Under the pieces are notes generated by a model that was not told the origin of the DNA, did no database searches, and worked only from the letters and a program-made list of their open reading frames with translations. Positions 33,654 through 43,557 of a DNA stretch of 64,000 bases are shown piece after piece. Every line of letters starts with the position of its first letter. Position 1 is the first letter of the stretch. The DNA is taken from assembly GCA_963726345.1 (NCBI GenBank), contig CAVSCC010000011.1, forward strand, positions 55,605 through 119,604, read 5' to 3'. Made by a program: the position numbers and the translations under genes. Source of the DNA: an uncultured Coriobacteriia bacterium (GTDB lineage: Bacteria > Actinomycetota > Coriobacteriia > Anaerosomatales > JAAXUF01).

Positions 33654-33680
33654 GAAACCTGCTGGAAATACGGTCGAAAC
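33654..33680 (+). promoter_or_regulatory. Triple direct repeat GAAAC-N6-GAAAT-N6-GAAAC upstream of the second glnA
   Basis: Reads GAAACctgctgGAAATacggtcGAAAC and ends 21 nt before ATG 33701, immediately 5' of the AGGAG RBS. It is shared with the divergent FMN GltS-like gene. Confidence 0.4.
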
Positions 33681-33700
33681 AATTAGGAGTGTGAACCCGC

Positions 33701-35029
33701 ATGCCGACCCATCTTCGCACCGAGGCTGTGGCAAGGATCGTTGAACAGAACGTGGAGTTCATTCATCTGTGGTTCACGGACGTTCTGGGATTCCTCAAGA
33801 CCTTCGTCATCACCGTCGACGAGCTCGACACGGCCATGACCGAAGGAATGGGGTTCGACGGCTCCTCGATCCAGGGGTTCGCGCGAATCGAGGAGTCGGA
33901 CATGGTGGCGATGCCCGATCCCACCACGCTCCAGATCCTGCCTTGGCGCCAAGAGGGACAGCCGGTCGCGACGATGTTCTGCGATATCGTCAGGCCGGAC
34001 GGAAGCCCGTATGAAGGCGACCCCCGCTACGTCCTGAAGAGGAACCTGAAGCGCGCGGCGGACCTGGGCTTCACGTTCTTCGTGGGACCGGAGCTCGAGT
34101 ACTACTACCTGAAGAACGATGCGGTGCCCGAGGTCGTCGACCACGGCACGTACTTCGACCAGACGACACGCGACCTTGCGGTTGACCTGCGCAACCAGAC
34201 GGTGCGCACGCTCAAGAGCTTCGGGATCCAGGTCGAGTACAGCCACCACGAAGTGGGCCCGAGCCAGCACGAGATCGACCTGCGCTACAACGAGGCGCTC
34301 AAGATGGCCGACGGGGTGATGACGTACCGCCTGGTCGTCAAGGAGGTGGCGCAACTCAGCGACCTCTACGCGACCTTCATGCCCAAGCCGATCTACGGCG
34401 AGGCGGGAAGCGGCATGCACGTCCATCAGTCGCTCTTCAAGGGTGACTCGAACGCCTTCTACGACCCCGCCGACGAGTTCCACCTCTCGCAGACGGCCAA
34501 GAGCTACATCGCCGGCCTGCTGCACCACGCACGCGCCATCAGCGCCGTGACGAACCAGTGGGTGAACTCCTACAAGCGGCTGGTTTCGGGCTACGAGGCA
34601 CCCGTGCACATCTGCTGGGCACACCGCAACCGCTCGGCACTCGTCCGCGTCCCGATGTACAAGCCGGGCAAGGAGAAGGCCACGCGGATCGAACTGCGCT
34701 CCCCCGACCCCGCCTGCAACCCCTACCTCGCCTTCTCGGTCATGCTCGCCGCCGGACTCGACGGCATCGAGCGGGGCCTCACACTGCCCGACGACGTTAC
34801 CGACGACGTCTACGAGATGAGCGCCGAGCAGCGCGCGGCGGCGGGAATCGGACAGCTTCCCGAGAACCTCAAGGAGGCCATCGACGAGCTGGAGAAGAGC
34901 GAGCTGTTGCGCGAGGCGCTCGGCGAGCAGGTCTTCAGGTGGCTGATCCGCAACAAGCGCATCGAGTGGCACCAGTACCGCACCCGCGTCACGCAGTGGG
35001 AGATCGAGGAGTACCTGCCGCTGCTCTAG
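33701..35029 (+). CDS. glnA: Glutamine synthetase, type I (second alpha-like paralogue, 442 aa)
   Basis: Intact ORF: VEFIHLWFTDVLGFLKTF..., GFDGSSI, PKPIYGEAGSGMHVHQSLF, NRSALVRVP. It is collinear with the 25254..26591 copy. Confidence 0.95.
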   Translation: MPTHLRTEAVARIVEQNVEFIHLWFTDVLGFLKTFVITVDELDTAMTEGMGFDGSSIQGFARIEESDMVAMPDPTTLQILPWRQEGQPVATMFCDIVRPDGSPYEGDPRYVLKRNLKRAADLGFTFFVGPELEYYYLKNDAVPEVVDHGTYFDQTTRDLAVDLRNQTVRTLKSFGIQVEYSHHEVGPSQHEIDLRYNEALKMADGVMTYRLVVKEVAQLSDLYATFMPKPIYGEAGSGMHVHQSLFKGDSNAFYDPADEFHLSQTAKSYIAGLLHHARAISAVTNQWVNSYKRLVSGYEAPVHICWAHRNRSALVRVPMYKPGKEKATRIELRSPDPACNPYLAFSVMLAAGLDGIERGLTLPDDVTDDVYEMSAEQRAAAGIGQLPENLKEAIDELEKSELLREALGEQVFRWLIRNKRIEWHQYRTRVTQWEIEEYLPLL

Positions 35030-35039
35030 CCGGACGGAT

Positions 35040-35677
35040 CTAGCCGAGAAGCCCGGCGACGCCCGCGCCCACGGCGAACAGCACCGAACGCCGCCACGAC
35101 CGCGCCCGAGACGCGATTCACCACGTGGACGCCTCGGTCACTGACTGCGTGTCGCATCAGCGCGACCCCGGTGCTCAGGACCAGCCACCATGACAGCGAG
35201 CCCAGCGCCACCCCGAGCGTGGCCACGGCCGCCGAGGAACCGGTCGCCTGGCCGACGAGGCCCGCTCCCGCGAATACCGCGGCGAACGCCATGATCGTCA
35301 TCGGATTCGTGAGCGTCAGTCCGAACGCGCTCGAGTAGAGCGCCCAGCCGCGCCATGATGCCCTGTGCCCGAGCTGCCTCGTGTGAGGGTGGAGCCACGA
35401 TCGCCCGCCAGCCGAGCCAGATCAGGACGAGCCCGCCGACGATGCGCAGCGGCACCTGTGCCGAGACGAGCAGCTGCGAGAACACCGTCAGACCGAACGC
35501 GGCGAGTCCGGCGTAGAGGGCATCCGCGGTTGCGATTCCCGCGCCGGTGGCGGCCCCGGCGCGCCAGCCGTGCGACAGCACGCGCTGGATACACAACACG
35601 CCCATCGCCCCAACGGGGGCGGCAACGGCGATTCCGATGACGAACATCCGCGCGAACAGCGCCGAGGCTTCGCTCAC
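35040..35677 (-). pseudogene. LysE/RhtB-family amino-acid exporter, about 2 frameshifts
   Basis: ORFs 35138..35677 (MFVIGIAVAAPVGAMGVLCIQRVL...) and 35026..35301. The hand-derived C-terminus GAVFAVGAGVAGLLG-stop is only reached after a shift near 35085. Confidence 0.75.
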
Positions 35678-35681
35678 GCGC

Positions 35682-36251
35682 CTACTCGGCCGCCTCGTTC
35701 GCGATGACGACCGCCTCGGCGATCTCCTTCAGCGTCTTGCGCTTGTCCATCGCGAGCTTCTGGAGCCGCTTGAACGCGTCGGCCTCCGACATGCCGCGCG
35801 CCATGAGGATCCCCTTCGCGCGGTCGACGGTCTTGCGCGTCTCCAGGCGTTCGCCAAGGTCCTCGACTTCGGCGGCCAACGCTGACGCCTCGGCGAAACG
35901 CGCGATCGCCAGCGACATCGCGGGAAGCACGTCGGTGCGGGTGAACGGCTTGACGACGTAGGCCATCGCCCCGGCCGACGCGGCCTGTTCGACGTAGGCA
36001 CCCTGCGAGAACGCGGTGACCATGACCACCGGCGCGATTCGCTCGGCGCCGATCACCTCGGCGGCCTCGAGACCGCCGACGCCGGGCATGTTGATGTCCA
36101 TGAAGACGATGTCGGGCGTGAAGGACCGGGCGAAACTGACGGCTTCTGCGCCGTCACGGGCCTCGGCGACGATCTCGTGACCCTCCTCCTCGAGCATCTC
36201 TCGAAGATCCATGCGGATGAGCGCCTCGTCCTCGGCGATGAGCACGCGCAA
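35682..36251 (-). CDS. pdtaR: ANTAR-domain response regulator (PdtaR-like)
   Basis: Receiver domain (MRVLIAEDE...DIVFMDINMP...VVKP) plus ANTAR domain (RKTVDRAKGILMARGMSEADAFKRLQKLAMDKRKTL). TTG start after GAGGAG. Confidence 0.85.
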   Translation of the reverse strand: MRVLIAEDEALIRMDLREMLEEEGHEIVAEARDGAEAVSFARSFTPDIVFMDINMPGVGGLEAAEVIGAERIAPVVMVTAFSQGAYVEQAASAGAMAYVVKPFTRTDVLPAMSLAIARFAEASALAAEVEDLGERLETRKTVDRAKGILMARGMSEADAFKRLQKLAMDKRKTLKEIAEAVVIANEAAE

Positions 36252-36254
36252 GAG

Positions 36255-37691
36255 CTACTCCTCAGTCGTTGTGGGTGGGTGTGGCGTTCGTTGGCGGGGA
36301 CGCGCACCGTGACGGTTGTTCCGCGCCCCCGGGAGAAGGCGATGGTTCCCCGCAGGTCGTCTTCGATCACGGTGTGCACGATCGCCAAGCCGAGATGCGC
36401 GGAGCCCACGGCTTCGAAGTCCTCGGGAAGCCCGACGCCGTCGTCGCGAACCGTGAGCACCAGCTCGCTGGCGACGCGCCTGCGCGGTGACGTCGACCCT
36501 GCCGTCCTGCCGGTCGCCGATTCCGTGCTCGAGCGCGTTGTGGACGAGCTCGGCAAGCGCCAGCGCGAGCGACGTGGCCGTGCGAGCGTCGACCTCGCCC
36601 GTTTGGCCCTCGACCTTGACGGCCACCTCGTGTCCCTCGCCGACAAGCCCTCGGCGAACCAGGTCGACGACGGTGGTCGCAACCTGCGAGAAGTCCACGC
36701 GCTCCTCGTCGGAGCCGGCGAGCAGGTCGTGGACGACCGCCATGGCCCCGACGCGCTCGGTCGCCTCGGCAAGCGCACGTCGCACCTCGGGAGAGTCGCT
36801 GCGCCTCGCCTGGATCCGCAGCAGCGACGCGATCGTCTGCAGGTTGTTCTTCACTCGGTGGTGGACTTCTCGGATGGTCGCGTCCTTGACCTTGATCTCC
36901 TGCTCGCGACGGTGTGCCTCCGTGAGGTCTTCCACCAGCACGAGCGCGCCCGCGGGCAGGTCGATCGTGCGGTAGCCGAGCACCCGCTCGGCGACCGGAG
37001 TCTCGACCGCGACGCCCTGGCCCGTGCCGAGCGCCGGTGCGATGCCGAAACCGCCGCCGGGCAGGCCCGACGCCTTCATCCCGGTCAGCTCGGAGTCGAC
37101 GCCGGCGAGCCGCATGATGTTGACGGCGTTGGGTGACGCGTACGCGATCGTGCCGAGCGGCCCGACGCGCATCACGCCATCGCCCGCCGTGCGAACCGCC
37201 GAGAAGGGCTCGCTCGTGCGGACATCGGTGAACGGCCCGCCACGCAGGGCGTCGAGCAGCTCCTCGGCCACGTCCATGAAGGCGGCTTCCATCGCGCCGG
37301 CCGAACGCGGTCACCTGCTCGGCGAGGTCGCGCAGCACCACGGCTCGCGATTGCCCCTCGCCGATCGGCCATGCCGAGGTCGTAGTAGGTGATGCCGCGG
37401 GCCACCCGGCGCCGTGCACCCGATGCCGGTTCGCCTGAGTTCAGCGCCGCGTAGGCCTCGGGCTCCTCGGCTGGGTCGAGTGCGCGGCCGACGCGGCTCG
37501 TCGCGATGGGAGCGATGGCGGTGTTGGGCCGGGCATCGGCGATGACCTCGAGCCGACCGTCGGCCCCGGGCGCAGCGAGCGCAACGTCGCCGTAGCCCAT
37601 GTCGGCGACGAGCTGGAGGTTCGCGATCACGTTGTCGAGGTGCGCCTGTGTGGGCGTCCTCTTCTTCTCGCGCTGGGCGCTTGGATGACAT
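36255..37691 (-). pseudogene. pdtaS: Sensor histidine kinase PdtaS-like (GAF/PAS + HisKA_2 + HATPase), at least 4 frameshifts
   Basis: The pieces are spread across three frames. They are ATG 37691 (MSSKRP...), VIANLQLVADMGYGDVAL (37172..37630), WPIGEGQSRAVVLRDL (36367..37419), ATIREVHHRVKNNLQTIASLLRIQ (36255..37292) and LTVRDDGVGLPEDF...LGLAIV (36053..36778). The exact 3' end is uncertain. Confidence 0.8.
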
Positions 37692-37743
37692 ATGCGCAGT
37701 ATACCCGCGCCGTCGGCTATAATCTGCCGAGCACATCACCCAA

Positions 37744-37830
37744 GCCCGGGTGGCGGAACAGGCAGACGCGCCGGTCTCAAAAACCGGTTGTCGAAAGACA
37801 GTGCGGGTTCGATCCCCGCCCCGGGCACCA
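37744..37830 (+). tRNA. tRNA-Leu (anticodon CAA), CCA encoded
   Basis: Hand-folded. Acceptor GCCCGGG/CCCGGGC. Anticodon stem CCGGU/ACCGG with loop CUCAAAA. Long variable arm UGUCGAAAGACA. T-arm GCGGGUUCGAUCCCCGC. Ends ACCA. Confidence 0.95.
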
Positions 37831-37866
37831 CGCGCGCTCTCGCGCGACGGTTCCGGCGGGACGCGC

Positions 37867-39230
37867 CTACGGTCTCCGCGACCCCCGGTGCTCTGCCTCC
37901 GCCCGCTGTCCGCCCGCGCGGCACGACCCGCGCTCGCGTAGAGCGGTGCGGCGGCGGCGAAGAACGCCGACCCCAGCACCCATGCCACGGCGATGCTGAA
38001 CCGCGTCGCGATCCAACCGAGGGCGGGTTGACCGAGCGACCCTCCCACGTCGGCGAAGAGCGAGTCGAGCGACAGGACCGTCGCTCGCTGTGCCGAGGGG
38101 ATGTGCTCGTTGATGAATCCGGAGCGCACCGGCCCGATCAACCCGAACATGACGCTCCATGCGATCCACAGCACGATGGCGATCGCCGCCGGGAAGAGTC
38201 CGGGTTCGAGTCCCAGGAGGCCGACCACGCCGATCGCCGCGATCGCCAACGCTCCGACTATCGATCCGATCGCCAGGACCCGCGCCGGGTCGCGCCGGCT
38301 CTCTCCTTCACGCATGGTCCACCGCACGAGGGAGTTCCCTCCGATCATCGCGGCAGAGGAACCGGCTTGGACCAAGCCCAGCACCCACACGGCCGAAGGG
38401 CTCCCGAGCAGCTCCAGGACGTAGGGCTGCCAAGAGTAGAACGTGAACATGAACACCACGCCGGTGACCAGCGAAACGAACATCAGCGGGCGAATGACCC
38501 TGCTGCCCCAGCCGTAGCGCACGCCGGCGTTCATGATCGTCCTGGTCTCGGTACCGAAGCTGGAGAGGTGAAGCGGCCGGGGCTCGAACCCCGAGTCCCG
38601 CACGAGGAACAGGACCATGACGAACGCCGCAACGAGCACGGCCGCCCTCACGAGGTAGGGAATGACCAGGTTGACCTGGCCGAGGAACCCTCCCAGAAGC
38701 GATCCCGCGATCATCGCCGCTCCGAACGCCATTCCGCCCCACGCGAAGACCTTCTCCTTGGGCCCCGTCCACCCGGCGGCGTCCAGCGCGTCGACCATCC
38801 ACGCATCCACCGCGCCGGTCTGGAACGTGAACCCCAGGCCGATGAGCGCACTCGCCACGGCAAACCCGGCGATACCCCAGCCGAGAAGCGGCGTGAGGAC
38901 GTAGAGCATCGTCGAGACGATGATGGTCCCGATCGACAGCAGGTACGACGCCTTGCGGCCGATGGTGTCGGCGATGACTCCGGTCGGTACTTCGCAGAGC
39001 ATCTGCGCGACGAGATAGACCGTGTTGACCAGCATGACTTCGAACAGCGTGAGTCCTCCGCGCTGGATCAGGAAGATGGTGTTGATCGCCCAGATCAGCG
39101 ACGTCGCGAGCGTGAAGAGACCGCTGGTCGAGAGGTAGGCGAAGATGATCCTGCGCGGCGTGTAGGGAGCCGCGGTCACGAGCGGTCCCTCGGGACGTGG
39201 TCCGGCTGACGGGCAGTCGGTCGGTTTCAC
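37867..39230 (-). CDS. MFS transporter (3' end unresolved)
   Basis: GTG 39230 follows AGAGGA. About 12 TM segments lie within ORF 37311..39605 (IADTIGRKASYLLS... motif). That frame has no stop before the tRNA gene. The nearest stop (37867) is in another frame. Confidence 0.65.
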
Positions 39231-39413
39231 GCGCGCGTTCCTCTCGGCGGGTACGGGTGGGTCACTGTGAGGTATCTTCCCCGAGCTCGATGGCGATACG
39301 CGACCGCCGCGACGCACCCACTCACGCGCGCTCGCGGTCATCGAACGCGTGTTCGCATTGAGGAGCTGTTCCGTGGTACGCTCGCGGAGTCCCAATCGAA
39401 CAGGAGTTCGCTC

Positions 39414-41493
39414 ATGCTTGCCGAGAACCCCTCGCCGCCCGAAGCGCCGTCGCTCGCCGATGAGCTGCTCGCCGACCTGAACGCCGAGCAGCGCGCCGCA
39501 GCGTCGCACGGCGACGGCCCGTTGCTGGTCGTGGCGGGCGCCGGCACCGGCAAGACGGCCACGCTGGCTCACCGCGTCGCGGTCCTGATCGCGCGGGGGG
39601 TCCAACCCGGACGCATCCTGCTGCTGACCTTCTCGAGGCGGGCCTCAAGCGAGATGCTGCACCGCGTCGACGGACTGCTGCGCTCATCTGCAGGTAGCGG
39701 GGCCGCCGTGTCGGGATCGCAGGTCTGGGGCGGGACGTTCCACGCGATGGCCGCGCGGCTGCTGCGCATGCACGCGCGCGACGTCGGACTCGAGCCGGAC
39801 TTCACCATCATGGACCGGGGGGACTCGGAAGACCTGATGCACCTCGCGCGCTTGGAACTCGGACTCGGGCGCGGCAGTTCGCGTTTTCCGCAGAAGTCCA
39901 CGTGCCTCGACATCTACTCCCGCTGCGTGAACGCGCGCGTGCCCCTCGCCGACCTTCTCGCCGAGGCATTCCCCTGGTGCACAAGCGCCGAGGACGACCT
40001 CAAGAAGCTGTTCTCGCTCTACACCGACAAGAAGGAGGCCCAGCAGGTCCTCGACTACGACGATCTGCTGCTGTTCTGGCACGGGATGCTGTCCGACCCG
40101 GCCGCCGGCGACAGGGTTCGCGAGCGCTTCGACCACGTGCTGGTCGACGAGTACCAGGACACCAACGTGCTTCAGGCCGAGATCGTCTCGCTCCTTCGGC
40201 CGGACGGCACGGGTGTCACGTGCGTCGGTGACGACGCCCAAGCGATCTACAGCTTCCGCGCGGCCACAGTTCGCAACATCCTCGATTTCGAGCAGCGCTT
40301 CCCGGCCGCGCGCGTGACCACCCTGACCCGCAACTATCGCTCGACCGCGCCGATCCTGAACGCGACCAACGCGATCATCGCCGAGGCGACCGAGCGCCGC
40401 GACAAGGAACTCTGGACCGCACGCGAAGGAGGTGGCCGCCCCTCGCTCGTGACCTGCCGCGACGAGGCCGAGCAGAGCGACTGGTTGTGCGCGCGCATCC
40501 TCGATCACCGGGAGCAGGGCACGGCACTCAAGGACCAGAGCGTGCTGTTTCGCGCGCAGCATCACTCGATGGCACTCGAGATGGAGCTGACGCGTCGCAA
40601 CATCCCCTTCCGCAAGTACGGCGGACTGCGCTTCGTCGAGACCGCGCACGTCAAGGACCTCGTGGCGTTCCTGCGCCTCGCCGAGAACCCAAAGGACGCC
40701 ATGGCGGGGATGCGGGTGCTGGGACTCGTGCCCGGCATCGGTCCCAAGACTGCGGAGTCGCTCTGGAGCGCCCTGAACTCGTCCGGCGGCGACTTCGAGA
40801 GCTGGGTCGGAGCGCGCGTGCCCGAGAACGCCGCCGCCGTGTGGCCGGGCGTCGTCTCGCTGCTCCGCTCGCTCTCGGGAGCCGGCGCACTCGAAGTACC
40901 CGCGCAGGTACATGCGATCCGTAGCGTCTACGCTCCCCTGCTCGAGCGGCGCTACGACAACGTCGCTGCGCGCCTGCGGGACCTCGAGCAGATAGAGTCG
41001 ATCGCCTCGGGTGCGCGTGACCGGGCGCAGTTCCTGACCGACCTCGCGCTCGACCCACCGGCCTACACGCAGGACTTCGCCGGACCTCCGCTGCTCGACG
41101 AGGACTACCTGATCCTCTCGACGATGCACTCGGCAAAAGGGCTGGAGTTCGACGTCGTCTACGTGATCCACGCCGCCGACGGCAACATCCCCAGCGACAT
41201 GGCGACCGGCACCGCCGAAGGGATCGAAGAGGAGCGCCGGCTGTTCTACGTGGCGTGCACGCGGGCCAAGAACCAGCTCTACGTGACCCAGCCGCTCAGG
41301 TACTACACCCAGCCCCACGGACGCTCGGACCGGCACGGCTACGCCCAGCGCACTCGATTCCTCGGCGAGAAGGTCATGCCGCAGCTTCGTCGAAGCGCTC
41401 GCGAACCCGGATCTCCCCGCCGAGGAGACAACGCCGCTCGAACAGGCGACGACGGCGAAGATCCGGGACGGGGTCCGGGGGCTGTGGGGGTAG
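39414..41493 (+). pseudogene. UvrD/PcrA-family ATP-dependent DNA helicase, one frameshift near 41385
   Basis: ATG 39414 follows AGGAG. Motifs: AGAGTGKT, VLVDEYQDTN, TRNYRS and MHSAKGLEFDVVYV. After the shift the frame continues FVEALANPDLPAEETTPLEQATTAKIRDGVRGLWG-TAG (41493), checked by hand. Confidence 0.85.
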
Positions 41494-41539
41494 CCCCATA
41501 TGGGGCAGCGATCCGGGTGCTCTCGATCTCGCAAGGCTG

Positions 41540-42568
41540 CTACGGCTCCAGCACGACCTTCACGCTCTCCCCAGCATTCGCAACGAGCGCGAATCCCTCC
41601 TGCGCCCGCTCGAGCGGCAACCGGTGCGTGATCAGGTCGTCCACGTGCACGCGTCCGGTCGCGATCAGGTCCATCGCCATCGCCAAGTCGGCCGGCGCTG
41701 CGCCATAGGCGGTGCGCACGATGACTTCTCGGCGCCAAAGCTCGTTCAGCGGCATCGGATGGCTCTCGCCTGGGGCAGGAACCGCAAACACCACGAACGT
41801 CGCTCCGCTTTCGAGACACGCGAGGCCCTGGTCGATCGCGCTTGGAGCGCCGGTGCCTAGGATGACGAGATCGGCGAGCGCCCCGTCATTGGCTTCTCGG
41901 AGGAGGTCCGGAAGCTCGTCACCGGCGGCGATCGCGTCGAAGGCCTGCGTCGCACCGCTCTTGCGCGCCCAGTCGAGGCGGTACTCGCTCACATCGGTCG
42001 CGAACACGCGACCGGCCCCCAGTGCCAGCGCGAGCCGGATGTGGAGCAGTCCGGAGATGCCGCTGCCCACCACCAGCACCGTCGAGCCCGGACGCACGCC
42101 GGCGCGCACCTGCGCGCGCACCACGCACCCGAGCGGCTCGACAAAGGTGCCCTGCTCGTAGCTCATCGAGTCGGGCATCACGAGGATGCCGCGGTCGGTC
42201 TGCAGCGCGGGCACGCGCACGTACTCGGCGAACCCGCCGGGATCGAAATTGGTCGTGTGGAGCGTATGACAGGCCGTGTGGTTGTCGGAAAGACAGTGCC
42301 GGCACGTGCTGCACGGCACGTGGTGAGAGACCACGACCCGGTCGCCCACCGCCACGTTCTTCACGCCCGCGCCGATGGCGACCACGTCGCCCGCGACCTC
42401 GTGTCCCAGCACGATCGGCGCCTTGGGCACGCGGTACCACTCGAGCACGTCGGAGCCGCAGATGCCGCTCGCGCGGATGTGCACGAGTGTCTCGCCGACG
42501 CCGATCTCAGGGACCGGCATCTCCTCGACGCGGACGTCGGAGTTGTTGTAGTAGACGGCGGCGCGCAC
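41540..42568 (-). CDS. Zn-dependent medium-chain dehydrogenase (threonine/sorbitol/polyol-phosphate dehydrogenase-like)
   Basis: From GTG 42568: RAAVYYNNSDVRVEEMPVPE..., GICGSDV, GHEVAGDV, CSTCRHC and GSGISG. The N-terminal about 95 aa of listed ORF 41540..42853 overlap the upstream gene and are spurious. Confidence 0.85.
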   Translation of the reverse strand: MRAAVYYNNSDVRVEEMPVPEIGVGETLVHIRASGICGSDVLEWYRVPKAPIVLGHEVAGDVVAIGAGVKNVAVGDRVVVSHHVPCSTCRHCLSDNHTACHTLHTTNFDPGGFAEYVRVPALQTDRGILVMPDSMSYEQGTFVEPLGCVVRAQVRAGVRPGSTVLVVGSGISGLLHIRLALALGAGRVFATDVSEYRLDWARKSGATQAFDAIAAGDELPDLLREANDGALADLVILGTGAPSAIDQGLACLESGATFVVFAVPAPGESHPMPLNELWRREVIVRTAYGAAPADLAMAMDLIATGRVHVDDLITHRLPLERAQEGFALVANAGESVKVVLEP

Positions 42569-42570
42569 GG

Positions 42571-43413
42571 CTAGATCTTGCGGGTGTCGTCGGCGTCCAT
42601 CGTCACGCCGCCGCAGAGCGATGCGCCCGATGACTTCTCGTCCTGGTAGACCGCATAGGCGTCGTCCACGCTCGCGTTGCCATGCACCACGGCGTTGACC
42701 GCCTTGATCATGCCCAGCGGACAGTCGGACTGGAAGATGTTGCGGCCCATGTCCACGCCCGACGCGCCGCGCGCGATCGCGTTGTACGTCATCTGCAGCG
42801 CCTCGCGCTCGGGCAGCTTCTTGCCGCCGGCCATGACAACCGGCACCGAGCATGTCGACGTGATGCGCTCGAAGTCGTCCTCCACGTAGTACGTCTTGAC
42901 GATGTGCGCGCCCATCTCGGCGGCGATGCGCGTGGCAAGCGCGAGGTAGCGCGCGTCGCGCACCATCTCCTTGCCCACCGCGGTGACCGCGATGACCGGG
43001 ATGCCGTAGCGCTCACCGAGGTCGATCAGCTTGGCGAGGTTGGCGATCGTCTGGTGCTGGTACTCGGAGCCCACGAAGATCGAGAGCGCCATGCCGGCGG
43101 CGTTGAGTCGGATGACGTCCTCGATGTCGGTGATGATCGTCTCGTTGGACAGGTCGTCGTCGAGCACGCTATTGGCTCCCGAGACGCGCAGCACCACTGG
43201 GGTGTCACACGAACTCGGAATGTCGCTTCTCAGGATGCCGCGCGTGAGCATGAGCGTATCGGCGTACGGCGCGAGAGGCATGATGCTCTCGCGGATGCAC
43301 TCCAGCCCGGATGTGGGGCCGAGGAAGTAGCCGTGGTCCACGGCGAGCATCACGGTGCGGCCATCTTGCGGCTGGATGATCTTCGAGAGGCGGTTCTCAA
43401 GTCCCCAAGACAT
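42571..43413 (-). CDS. DeoC/LacD-family class-I aldolase, LsrF-like
   Basis: 280 aa: [31 protein letters not shown]..., [48 protein letters not shown] and [14 protein letters not shown]. From memory these run almost collinear with E. coli LsrF. Confidence 0.75.
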   Translation of the reverse strand: MSWGLENRLSKIIQPQDGRTVMLAVDHGYFLGPTSGLECIRESIMPLAPYADTLMLTRGILRSDIPSSCDTPVVLRVSGANSVLDDDLSNETIITDIEDVIRLNAAGMALSIFVGSEYQHQTIANLAKLIDLGERYGIPVIAVTAVGKEMVRDARYLALATRIAAEMGAHIVKTYYVEDDFERITSTCSVPVVMAGGKKLPEREALQMTYNAIARGASGVDMGRNIFQSDCPLGMIKAVNAVVHGNASVDDAYAVYQDEKSSGASLCGGVTMDADDTRKI

Positions 43414-43557
43414 GTCGGTTCCTCCGAGGTGTCGGGTGCGTGTCGACGCGGCCGCGGCGGGTGTGCGGCAGCGGGTTAGATGCTAGCAGAATCGTGGGTG
43501 GGGCGAGGGCTGTCGCGGCGGGCCGGGCGACTCAACTACCAGCAAGGCGAAACGCCC

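Noticed and set aside
37311-39605. 764-aa ORF taken as one protein
   Set aside because: Only about 37950..39230 is MFS-like. The upstream 125 aa overlap the helicase promoter region. The downstream part runs antisense through a tRNA gene and into pdtaS.
41493-41506. GCCCCATATGGGGC palindrome between the convergent helicase and dehydrogenase genes as a terminator
   Set aside because: It has only a 5-bp stem and no U-tract, so it is too weak to call.
39684-41819. 711-aa minus-strand ORF
   Set aside because: It is antisense to the UvrD-like helicase, whose Walker A, DEYQD and other motifs are on the plus strand.
41540-42853. 437-aa ORF suggesting an N-terminally extended dehydrogenase
   Set aside because: The first about 95 aa overlap the LsrF-like aldolase in another frame and are Arg/Gly-rich. 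The MDR fold begins at GTG 42568.
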